Below, piece by piece: positions 45,288-55,717 of a stretch of 64,000 nucleotides of DNA. Within the stretch, counting starts at the first letter, position 1, and the number at the start of each line of letters is the position of its first letter. Origin of the DNA: Alphaproteobacteria bacterium (lineage in GTDB: Bacteria > Pseudomonadota > Alphaproteobacteria > UBA2966); contig JABILA010000155.1 of assembly GCA_018654745.1 (NCBI GenBank), positions 17,453-81,452 on the forward strand. Reading direction: 5' to 3'. Both the position numbers and the translations under genes were made by a program. Below the pieces are notes generated by a model. The model saw nothing but the letters and a program-made list of their open reading frames with translations, searched no databases and was not told the origin of the DNA.

Positions 45288-45792
45288 AAGTGTATGTGTT
45301 GGCCTGACACTGATCGTGCTGATGGCGTCGCCCTTCACTGCAAAGGCAGCCGATCAGTCACTGGGTTTCGCACTGTCGGGTATTGTCGAGCAAGTGCTGG
45401 TCAAACCGGGACAAAATGTCATGCCTGGTGAGGCTCTGGTCGTGCTGGATACCGTTCGCGTCAAGGCACGTCTGACAGCGATAGCTGCGGAAGTGAAAGT
45501 ATCGAAGGGTATTGCCGATCTGGCAGCCCGGCGATTTGACTATGCCCAGGAACAGTTTGATGCTGTTTCCCTGTCGAAAGTTGAACTGGATACAGCCCGG
45601 ATAAACCTTGATGAGGCGTTGGCGCGTCTGGCAAAAGCCCAGGTCCGGCAGACCATAATGAAGTGGCGGCTGGATCACAGTACGTTGAAGGCAGCGCAGA
45701 AAGGGCGTATCAAACAGATCAATGCCTGGCCCGGAATGATCGTTAATTTGCGCAGCTCGAACCCTGTTATTGTGGTATTATCTCGCCCATAA
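45274..45792 (+). CDS. Truncated HlyD/membrane-fusion-protein-like adaptor (biotin-lipoyl hairpin + coiled coil only, 172 aa)
   Basis: TM anchor, 'GIVEQVLVKPGQNVMPGEALVVLDT' lipoyl half, coiled coil 'VELDTARINLDEALARLAKAQ', and second half 'GRIKQINAWPGMIV'. It overlaps the tolC-like stop by 14 nt. No beta-barrel or membrane-proximal domains are present. Confidence 0.55.
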   Translation: MWINKSVCVGLTLIVLMASPFTAKAADQSLGFALSGIVEQVLVKPGQNVMPGEALVVLDTVRVKARLTAIAAEVKVSKGIADLAARRFDYAQEQFDAVSLSKVELDTARINLDEALARLAKAQVRQTIMKWRLDHSTLKAAQKGRIKQINAWPGMIVNLRSSNPVIVVLSRP

Positions 45793-45993
45793 ACGTTTAA
45801 TTCAAAGCATAACGTTCGCGTGAAGGGATAAATTAGGGCTTTCTATTTATATGCAATTTTACTAATGTTATTCACCGAACAAAAATAATTCCAGGTTTGC
45901 GGGCAAACATATGCTTGCGAAATCTAATTTTCGATTTCGGACGTGCCATCACAGGCTCATTCGAAACAGGTTAAATTGAAGGGAAACGGGGTA

Positions 45994-46494
45994 ATGAGCG
46001 AAACAAGTCTCGAAAATGCCAAGAGCATGTCACTGATCGTTACAAAGGGTTCTCTGGACTGGGCCTATCCGCCGTTCATTCTGGCGACGACAGCCGCAGC
46101 GATGGGCCTGAACGTCTCTATGTTCTTTACTTTTTATGGTCTCAATCTTTTGAAGAAAAAGCTGGATCTGTCGATCACGCCGCTGGGCAATCCCGGCATG
46201 GCGATGCCGATGATGGGTGGCCATATGAAGATGCCAAATATCATGCCGATGATTCCTGGCATGGATGGCATGGCGACAGGCATGATGAAAAACCTGATCA
46301 AGAAAAAAGGCATTGCCTCCATCGAGGAACTGCGTGATCTGGCTGTTGAAGCAGACGTCAACATGATTGCCTGCCAGATGACCATGGATATGTTCGAATA
46401 TGATATGAAAGATTTGATCGAAGGACCTGATCTTGGCGGTGCGGCTACCTATATAGAAGATGCACTCAAGGCTGATATCAACCTGTTTATCTAA
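45994..46494 (+). CDS. DsrE/DsrF-like (DsrE2/YrkE-type) protein with internal Met-rich segment
   Basis: 'LIVTKGSLDWAYPPFILATTAAAMG' and a C-terminal 'VNMIACQMTMDMFEY...' with conserved Cys. Met-rich insert 'PGMAMPMMGGHMKMPNIMPMIPGMDGMATGMM'. The ATG at 45994 is preceded by GGGAAACGGGG. Confidence 0.55.
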   Translation: MSETSLENAKSMSLIVTKGSLDWAYPPFILATTAAAMGLNVSMFFTFYGLNLLKKKLDLSITPLGNPGMAMPMMGGHMKMPNIMPMIPGMDGMATGMMKNLIKKKGIASIEELRDLAVEADVNMIACQMTMDMFEYDMKDLIEGPDLGGAATYIEDALKADINLFI

Positions 46495-46598
46495 TTTGAC
46501 ATGATGGGTTCGATGGCCTGTCTGGTTTGACAACAAGGCGGCAATACTGCGAGAGTGTTGCCGCTTTTTGTTAGCGATTGATTGTTAAAGGGCACTTG

Positions 46599-47018
46599 AT
46601 GATTCTCAGACTACCAACCTTTTTCAAAGCGGTGATCGGCGCGCTGGTAGTCGTGTCGGGCCTTTCCGGACTTGTCCGGAATGCGCATGCTGCCGAGCTC
46701 ATCATGTATGAACAGGACGGCTGTCCTGCCTGCGATCTGTGGAAAAAGGAAGTCGGGAAGATTTACCCGCTGACCGATGAAGCCAGGGTTTTGCCGCTCC
46801 GTATGGTCAACATCCATGGACCACAACCTGAGGATCTGGAATTTCTCGGTCGTAACCGCTTTACTCCCTATTTCGTTGTCATCGAAGATGGTCGCAAGAT
46901 CGGGCATATCTATGGCTACAATGATGAAGCTGCATTTTATGGGCTGCTGGGTGAATTGATCGAGCGTGTGAATGTTGGAAAAAGTGGCTCCCTGCGAACA
47001 TCGCCCGACAAGGGCTGA
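46599..47018 (+). CDS. Periplasmic thioredoxin-fold protein (CPAC), third SoxW-like paralog
   Basis: Signal peptide 'MILRLPTFFKAVIGALVVVSGLSGLVRNAHAAE', then 'YEQDGCPACDLWKKE'. Confidence 0.6.
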   Translation: MILRLPTFFKAVIGALVVVSGLSGLVRNAHAAELIMYEQDGCPACDLWKKEVGKIYPLTDEARVLPLRMVNIHGPQPEDLEFLGRNRFTPYFVVIEDGRKIGHIYGYNDEAAFYGLLGELIERVNVGKSGSLRTSPDKG

Positions 47019-47054
47019 GCCAGCTACGACTTCATATGATTTTGAAAAGCGAAA

Positions 47055-47079
47055 GGCCGGAGTAAATCCGGCCTTTAAT
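47055..47079. terminator. Bidirectional rho-independent terminator (convergent thioredoxin gene / arsR-family gene)
   Basis: GGCCGGA-GTAAA-TCCGGCC flanked by AAA/TTT. Confidence 0.5.
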
Positions 47080-47102
47080 CTTATTGCTCTGGCAATTTTT
47101 AG

Positions 47103-47459
47103 TTACTCGGCAGCGGTGCCACCCGCAATACGCAAACCAGCCACAGTTTCTTCGGTTTGCTCAGCCGTGGTACAATAAAGACCATATAGCACTTCAATGA
47201 TCTGAATGGCTTCGTCGCCGATCAGTGAATAATAAATCGTCTGTGCTTCGCGCCGCGTCTTCACCAGCTCATCGCGTCTGAGCCGTGCCAAATGCTGTGA
47301 AAGAGCGGATTGGCTTAGGCCAATCATGGCTTCCAGCTGACCTACAGATTTCTCACCATCTGAAAGACGGCAAAGGATCAGCAAGCGATGCTCGTTGCTC
47401 AGCGCCTTAAGCAGACGGCTGGCCTGGCGAGCGCTATTTTGCATTTGTTCGATTTCCAT
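47103..47459 (-). CDS. ArsR/SmtB family transcriptional regulator (SoxR-like by context)
   Basis: 'LKALSNEHRLLILCRLSDGEKSVGQLEAMIGLSQSALSQHLARLRRDELV' winged-HTH of the ArsR family, at the edge of the sulfur-oxidation gene block. Confidence 0.8.
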   Translation of the reverse strand: MEIEQMQNSARQASRLLKALSNEHRLLILCRLSDGEKSVGQLEAMIGLSQSALSQHLARLRRDELVKTRREAQTIYYSLIGDEAIQIIEVLYGLYCTTAEQTEETVAGLRIAGGTAAE

Positions 47460-47755
47460 GGGCTTATTCTCTTTGAATCAGGGGCTTGTGTCAAATGTTG
47501 CGTATGATTCTCAAATGATACTTTTCTAATACACTTCAAGCTAAGGCTATTCCGGTATTGACGGAATGGCTTCTGCTTCTCTTTTTGGCACACATCACGG
47601 GGTTACCGCAACGCAGCGTTACCGGTAATCCGGAAACGCCTTAATACGTCACAATAGTATTCATATTAATATGTAACAACTGCAAAATACATTGCTACTT
47701 CTGACCTGGACTATTTATTCGGGGCACAATCCAGTCAAAAAGCGCATTTATTTGG

Positions 47756-47785
47756 TTGACGTTAACGTAAACGTCAAGCTAATAT
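47756..47785 (+). promoter_or_regulatory. Dyad-symmetric operator overlapping a -35/-10 promoter upstream of the MerR-family gene
   Basis: TTGACGTTAACGTAAACGTCAA (20 of 22 positions palindromic) begins with a TTGACG -35 hexamer; TAATAT lies 18 nt downstream. A GTG start follows 47 nt after that. Confidence 0.5.
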
Positions 47786-47831
47786 CGCGTTCTTGATATT
47801 GCATTGAATATGCGTAAGCGAGGCGGGTTTC

Positions 47832-48221
47832 GTGACTGAGAGCTATAGCATAAGTGATCTTGTGGGGGAGTTTGGTGTAACGGCCCGCACAATCCGGTTT
47901 TATGAAGAAAAAGGCCTGCTGACGCCGTCGAGAAACGGTCAGGACCGGGTCTATGGTCGAAGTGACCACGTCAGGTTGAAACTGATAATGCGCGGCAAGC
48001 GTCTCGGGTTCAGTCTGGCAGACATCGAAGAGATGATGGCGCTGTATGATCGCGACGACGCCCAGGCAGAACAACTTCGCGTCACCTTGCGCAAAAGTGA
48101 AGACCGCCTTGATGCATTGAAACAACAACGTCGCGACATAGATGAGACCGTTGATGAACTGGAACAAATCTGTGTCGACATCAAAAGCCACCTGAAAGAA
48201 AAAGGCGTCGTAAACGCCTGA
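47832..48221 (+). CDS. MerR family transcriptional regulator (LiuR-like, heads acyl-CoA catabolic operon)
   Basis: 'YSISDLVGEFGVTARTIRFYEEKGLLTPSRNGQDRVYGRSDHVRLKLI' MerR HTH plus a coiled-coil dimerisation helix; 129 aa. Confidence 0.8.
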   Translation: MTESYSISDLVGEFGVTARTIRFYEEKGLLTPSRNGQDRVYGRSDHVRLKLIMRGKRLGFSLADIEEMMALYDRDDAQAEQLRVTLRKSEDRLDALKQQRRDIDETVDELEQICVDIKSHLKEKGVVNA

Positions 48222-50309
<2,088 letters not shown>

Positions 50310-50371
50310 AAAATCAACATCAGAATTTGTCGGGCACAGTGCCTGAACGACACACCTTGAAGGACAAGAAA

Positions 50372-51505
50372 ATGAAGAACGTTGTGATTGCCGGTTATAC
50401 CCGGTCTCCTTTTACTTTGGCACGCAAGGGCGAACTGGCCAAAGTGCGACCTGACGAAACAGCTGCACAGGTAATCAACGGCCTGGTCGCACAAAGCGGT
50501 GTTAATGTGGATGATCTGGAAAACCTGATCATGGGCTGCGCTTTCCCGGAGGGCGAACAGGGCTTTAACACTGCGCGTATGGTTGGCCTTCTGGCCGGAC
50601 TGCCGCATTCCGTTGCCGGTGTAACCGTGAACCAGTTCTGTGGATCCTCCATGCAGTCGATCCATATTGCCGCCGGTGCCATTCAAATGAATGCCGGTGA
50701 TGCCTTTATCTGTGCCGGTATGGAAAGCATGACACGTGTGCCCATGGGCGGCTTCAACCCGATGCCAAATCCCAAACTGGCCAGTGAAACCGAAGCCTAT
50801 ATTTCCATGGGACTGACGGCGGAAAATCTGGCGGAAAAATATAGCCTGTCCCGCGAGGAGCAGGAAAACTTTGCTCTGGAAAGCCACAAAAAAGCTGAGG
50901 CCGCGCGTTCAGCTGGCAGGCTTGCGGATGAAATCATTACCATTACCGAAGGCAATCTTCGCGTTGAACAGGATGGCTGTATCCGTCCCCAGACAACGGC
51001 TGAAGATCTCGCCGGTCTGAATCCGGCATTTGATGAAAAAGGCACGGTGACAGCGGGTACATCTTCTCCGCTGACAGATGGCTGTTCGGCGACCCTGGTT
51101 TGCAGTGAAGAATATGCTGATGCCAATGGCCTGACGAAGCTGGCCCGGATCAAATCAGTTGCTGTCTCCGGCTGTGCGCCTGAAGTCATGGGGATCGGCC
51201 CGGTTGGTGCCACTGAAAAGGCTTTGAAACGGGCTGGCATGGGAATTGGCGATATCGACATAATCGAATTGAACGAGGCTTTTTCTGCGCAGTCTCTCGC
51301 GGTGATCAAGGAAAGCGGCATGGATCTTGCCAAAATCAATCTTGATGGTGGTGCCATCGCACTTGGCCATCCGCTGGGGGCAACCGGTGCCCGGATCACC
51401 GGCAAAGCCGCTTCCTTGTTGAAGCGTGAAGGCAAACAAACAGCGCTGGCAACGCAGTGCATCGGTGGCGGTCAGGGGATCGCCACTATCCTGGAAGCTT
51501 GCTGA
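50372..51505 (+). CDS. fadA: Acetyl-CoA C-acyltransferase (3-ketoacyl-CoA thiolase)
   Basis: 'MKNVVIAGYTRSPF', active-site 'NQFCGSSMQ' (Cys), and C-terminal '[17 protein letters not shown]' and 'CIGGGQG' thiolase signatures. Confidence 0.85.
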   Translation: MKNVVIAGYTRSPFTLARKGELAKVRPDETAAQVINGLVAQSGVNVDDLENLIMGCAFPEGEQGFNTARMVGLLAGLPHSVAGVTVNQFCGSSMQSIHIAAGAIQMNAGDAFICAGMESMTRVPMGGFNPMPNPKLASETEAYISMGLTAENLAEKYSLSREEQENFALESHKKAEAARSAGRLADEIITITEGNLRVEQDGCIRPQTTAEDLAGLNPAFDEKGTVTAGTSSPLTDGCSATLVCSEEYADANGLTKLARIKSVAVSGCAPEVMGIGPVGATEKALKRAGMGIGDIDIIELNEAFSAQSLAVIKESGMDLAKINLDGGAIALGHPLGATGARITGKAASLLKREGKQTALATQCIGGGQGIATILEAC

Positions 51506-51519
51506 GCGGAGTTGGATAT

Positions 51520-53859
51520 ATGACTGAAATCAAAAAGGTCGCCGTGCTCGGCGCCGGGCTCATGGGCAGCGGTATTGCCGCCCATGTTGCCAATGCCGGC
51601 TTGCCGGTTGTGTTGCTGGATATCGTGCCGGAGGGCGCGGAAAACAGGAACGCTATCGCCGAAGGGGCCGTCGCCCGCATGATCAAACAAAAACCGGCAC
51701 CCTTTATGGATGCCCGCAATGCAAAATTGATCACCTGTGGCAATCTGGAAGACAGCCTTGATCTGTTGGCCGATTGTGACTGGATTTGTGAAGCTGTTCT
51801 GGAACGTCCGGACATCAAACATGATGTCTACAAAAAAATTGACGCCGTGCGTAAGCCAGGCTCAATCGTTTCGTCAAACACATCGACGATTCCGCTGGCT
51901 GTGCTGCTAAAAGGCCAGTCGGATGAGTTCGCTGCGGATTTTGCTATCACCCACTTCTTTAACCCTCCACGCTATATGCGGTTGCTGGAAGTTGTTGGCG
52001 GTGAAAAGACACGGGCAGATGCTCTCGAAACCCTTGTTCAATTCGGCGATGTAGCCCTTGGCAAGGAAGTCGTGAACTGCAAGGACACACCAGGCTTTAT
52101 CGGCAACCGTATTGGTATTTACTGGTCCTATACAGCGATCAGTACCTCCGTCGATATGGGCCTGACGGTGGAAGAAACCGATGCCCTGGTCGGCAAGCCC
52201 ATGGGTATTCCCAGCACCGGCATTTTTGGTCTGGTCGACCTGACCGGCATTGATCTGGCACCGCATGTGAACGAAAGCATGCTTTCGTTGCTGCCGGACA
52301 CAGATGCCTTTTGCCAGGACTTTCAGGAAACAGGTATTCTCGCGGATCGTTTCGAACAAATGATCCGTGATGGCTATACCGGTCGCAAAGGCAAGGGTGG
52401 TTTTTATCGGATCACCAAAGAAGGCGGCAAGAAGACAAAGGAAGTTCTGGACATCAAGTCCGGCGAATATCGCCTGCCTGTCAAACCGGCGTTGAAATCC
52501 ATTCGGGCCGCTCGCAAAGGCCTTCGCGCCTTGTGTGAATATGACGATCTGGGCGGAAAATATTCATGGGGCGTATTGTCAAAAACGCTGACCTATGCCG
52601 CTTCACTGGTTGGTGAAATTGCGGACACAATCAGCGACATGGACCGGGCCATGAAGGGCGGATACGCCTGGAAATATGGGCCTTTTGAACAAATTGATCA
52701 GCTGGGCACGGCCTGGTTTGCCGAAAAACTGGAAGCCGAAGGCCGCGAAGTGCCTGCCATCATCAAGGCGGCAAATGGTCAACCCATGTATCGCGACAAT
52801 GGCAATGTACGCCAGCAAATGACTTTGTCAGGCGACTATGTTGACGTTGTCATCGATGAAAACGCCTGGATGCTGGAAGACAAAAAGCGCGGCAACGAGC
52901 CTATTGCCAAAAACTCTTCGGCCTCTCTCTGGGATGTTGGAGACGGTGTGGCTTGCCTGGAATTCCATTCAAAAATGAATTCCATCGATGGTGACATCGT
53001 CGCCATGATCATGAAAGCCGTGAAGCTGAACAAGGATGGTTTCAAAGCCCTGATTATTGGTAATGATGCCGACAACTTCTCGGTTGGTGCCAATATCGGT
53101 TTGTCATTGTTCGCCGCCAACACCGCCATGTGGCCGATTATCGAACAAGGCGTGAAAGCCGGCCAGGATGCTTATCTGGCGCTCAAATATGCTCCGTTCC
53201 CGATTGTTGCGGCACCTGCCGGGATGGCGCTGGGTGGTGGTTGCGAAGTCACCATGCATTGTGATGCCGTTCAGGCCCATGCCGAAAGTTATATGGGTCT
53301 GGTTGAAGTTGGTGTTGGACTTATTCCGGGCTGGGGCGGTTGCAAGGAATTGCTGATGCGCCAGACCTTGAACAAAAGACGCCCAGGTGGTCCGATGCCT
53401 GCAATTGCCGCAACGTTTGAGACCATCTCAACGGCCAAGGTTGCGACCTCTGCGGCAGAAGCCAAAAACCTGATGTTCCTGAACAAGTCTGATGGCATCA
53501 CCATGAACCGCCGTCGTGTGCTCGCAGATGCCAAGGCCCAGGCCCTGTCCATGGTCGATGGCTATGAAGCACCTGAACGCGATATCGAAATCAGCCTGCC
53601 CGGACCCACAGCGCGTGTTGCGCTGGAAATGGCCGTGCAAGGCTTCGTCGATATGGGCAAGGCAACAGCCTATGACGGTGTTGTTGGTGGGACGCTGGCG
53701 AATATTTTGTCCGGCGGCAAAACCGATGTCACTGAAACGGTTACAGAAAAAGACCTGATGGCCCTTGAACGCGGTGCCATTATCAAGCTTTTGCACAACC
53801 CAAAAACGCTCGACCGCATTACCCATATGCTGGAAACGGGCAAGCCGCTTCGTAACTGA
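51520..53859 (+). CDS. FadN-type bifunctional 3-hydroxyacyl-CoA dehydrogenase (N-terminal) / enoyl-CoA hydratase (C-terminal), ~780 aa
   Basis: N-terminal 'VAVLGAGLMGSGIAAH' HCDH Rossmann and C-terminal crotonase 'ALIIGNDADNFSVGANI ... AAPAGMALGGGCEVTMHCD'. The domain order is the reverse of FadB, as in B. subtilis FadN. ATG at 51520 with GGAG upstream. Confidence 0.8.
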   Translation: MTEIKKVAVLGAGLMGSGIAAHVANAGLPVVLLDIVPEGAENRNAIAEGAVARMIKQKPAPFMDARNAKLITCGNLEDSLDLLADCDWICEAVLERPDIKHDVYKKIDAVRKPGSIVSSNTSTIPLAVLLKGQSDEFAADFAITHFFNPPRYMRLLEVVGGEKTRADALETLVQFGDVALGKEVVNCKDTPGFIGNRIGIYWSYTAISTSVDMGLTVEETDALVGKPMGIPSTGIFGLVDLTGIDLAPHVNESMLSLLPDTDAFCQDFQETGILADRFEQMIRDGYTGRKGKGGFYRITKEGGKKTKEVLDIKSGEYRLPVKPALKSIRAARKGLRALCEYDDLGGKYSWGVLSKTLTYAASLVGEIADTISDMDRAMKGGYAWKYGPFEQIDQLGTAWFAEKLEAEGREVPAIIKAANGQPMYRDNGNVRQQMTLSGDYVDVVIDENAWMLEDKKRGNEPIAKNSSASLWDVGDGVACLEFHSKMNSIDGDIVAMIMKAVKLNKDGFKALIIGNDADNFSVGANIGLSLFAANTAMWPIIEQGVKAGQDAYLALKYAPFPIVAAPAGMALGGGCEVTMHCDAVQAHAESYMGLVEVGVGLIPGWGGCKELLMRQTLNKRRPGGPMPAIAATFETISTAKVATSAAEAKNLMFLNKSDGITMNRRRVLADAKAQALSMVDGYEAPERDIEISLPGPTARVALEMAVQGFVDMGKATAYDGVVGGTLANILSGGKTDVTETVTEKDLMALERGAIIKLLHNPKTLDRITHMLETGKPLRN

Positions 53860-53892
53860 TCGCGGAAACCGTATAAAGAAGGATTAAGGACT

Positions 53893-55683
53893 ATGCCCGT
53901 TTACAAGGCTCCACTCAGGGATATGCGTTTTGTCATCCACGAATTGCTGGAAGTCGAAAAACATTCGAACCTGCCCATATTCTCTGAAGCGCCAGCAGAT
54001 ATTATTGATGCCGTGCTGGAAGAAGGCGCGAAAGTTGCCGAGGAAATCCTCTTTCCCCTGAACCAGGTTGGTCACGAGGAAGGCTGCACGTTCAACGATG
54101 GTGTTGTCACCACGCCAACCGGCTTCAAGGAAGGCTTTGCAGAATATCGCCAGGGCGGCTGGGTCGGTCTGGCTGGCAATGCCAACTATGGCGGCCAGGG
54201 GTTACCGGCGTTCCTTGGAACATCGATGGGGGAAATGACCTGTTCCACCAATCTGGCGTTCGAAATGTACAGCGGCCTGACTTCCGGTGCCTGTGCTGCC
54301 ATTGATGCCCATGGCACGGAAGAGCAGAAAAGCTATTATCTGCCACGCATGTATTCCGGCGAATGGACCGGCACCATGAACCTGACGGAACCACATTGTG
54401 GAACTGACCTTGGTCAAATGCGGACCAAGGCCGAGCCTCAGGACGATGGCAGCTACCTTATTTCCGGCACCAAGATTTTCATCTCAGCCGGTGAACATGA
54501 CATGGCCGATAACATCATTCATCTGGTGTTGGCCAAAATTCCCGGTGGTCCCAAGGGCATCAAGGGCGTCAGTTTGTTTATCGTTCCCAAGGTGCATTCC
54601 GATGCGGATGGTAATCTGGGTGAGCGCAACGGTGTTGCCGCCGGTTCCATCGAACACAAGATGGGCATCAACGGAAATGCCACTTGCGTGATGAACTATG
54701 ACAACGCGCAAGGTTGGCTGCTGGGTCGTGAACATAAAGGCATGGAAGCCATGTTCGTGATGATGAATGCGGCCCGTCTGGGTGTGGGCATGCAGGGTTT
54801 ATCTCTGTCAGAAGTCAGCTATCAGAACGCTGTCGTCTATGCCAATGACCGCTTGCAGGGCCGCTCGCTCTCCGGCGTGAAAGAACCTGAAAAAGCAGCT
54901 GATCCGATTATTGTGCATCCGGATGTGCGGCGGATGTTGATGACCATGCGATCCTTTAACGAAGGTGCACGTGCCTTCAACACCTGGGTTGCCATGAACC
55001 TCGATCTGGCACGCGCCGAACAAGACGAAGACGCCCGTCAGGCTGCCGAAGATTTGGTGACCTTGATCACCCCGGTGGTCAAGGCCCACATCACAGATGT
55101 TGGATTTGAATGTGCAAACATTGGTCAGCAATGTTTTGGTGGTCACGGTTATATCCGTGAGCACGGTATGGAGCAATATGTTCGTGATGCCCGTATCGCT
55201 CAACTGTATGAAGGCACGAACGGCATTCAGGCTCTGGATCTGGTTGGCCGCAAGATGCCGGCACACATGGGCCGTTTGTTGCGCGCTTTTTTCCATCCGG
55301 TTGACGCTTTCATTCAGGAAAATGCCGATAACAAGGAACTGGCAGAATTTGTCATGCCGCTGGCCAAAGGGTTCGCCCGTCTACAGCAAGGCGTCGCCTG
55401 GCTGGGTGAGCAAGGCATGAAAGATGTCGAGCAAGCCGCCGCCGGTGCAACAGATTTCCAGCGTATGTTTGGTGTTGTCGCCCTCGGTTTCATGTGGGCC
55501 CGTATGGCAAAGGTTGCGCAAACCAAACTGGCCGCCGGAACTGATGAGACAGAATTTTATGAAAACAAGCTGAAAACTGCTCGTTTTTATATGGCGCGGA
55601 TGATGCCTGATACATCTTCCTTGCTCGCGAAGGTGACTTCGGGCAAAGATACTTTGATGGCAATGGACGCCGCCGCATTCTAA
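53893..55683 (+). CDS. Long-type acyl-CoA dehydrogenase (~595 aa, FadE/YusJ-like with extra C-terminal domain)
   Basis: ACAD N-terminal, middle and C-terminal domain pattern ('YQRMAINGTKIFISAG' region, 'FGGHGYIRE') plus a ~150-aa C-terminal extension. Confidence 0.8.
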   Translation: MPVYKAPLRDMRFVIHELLEVEKHSNLPIFSEAPADIIDAVLEEGAKVAEEILFPLNQVGHEEGCTFNDGVVTTPTGFKEGFAEYRQGGWVGLAGNANYGGQGLPAFLGTSMGEMTCSTNLAFEMYSGLTSGACAAIDAHGTEEQKSYYLPRMYSGEWTGTMNLTEPHCGTDLGQMRTKAEPQDDGSYLISGTKIFISAGEHDMADNIIHLVLAKIPGGPKGIKGVSLFIVPKVHSDADGNLGERNGVAAGSIEHKMGINGNATCVMNYDNAQGWLLGREHKGMEAMFVMMNAARLGVGMQGLSLSEVSYQNAVVYANDRLQGRSLSGVKEPEKAADPIIVHPDVRRMLMTMRSFNEGARAFNTWVAMNLDLARAEQDEDARQAAEDLVTLITPVVKAHITDVGFECANIGQQCFGGHGYIREHGMEQYVRDARIAQLYEGTNGIQALDLVGRKMPAHMGRLLRAFFHPVDAFIQENADNKELAEFVMPLAKGFARLQQGVAWLGEQGMKDVEQAAAGATDFQRMFGVVALGFMWARMAKVAQTKLAAGTDETEFYENKLKTARFYMARMMPDTSSLLAKVTSGKDTLMAMDAAAF

Positions 55684-55717
55684 AATCTATCCTCAACCCC
55701 CCCCAGGAGACTTTACA

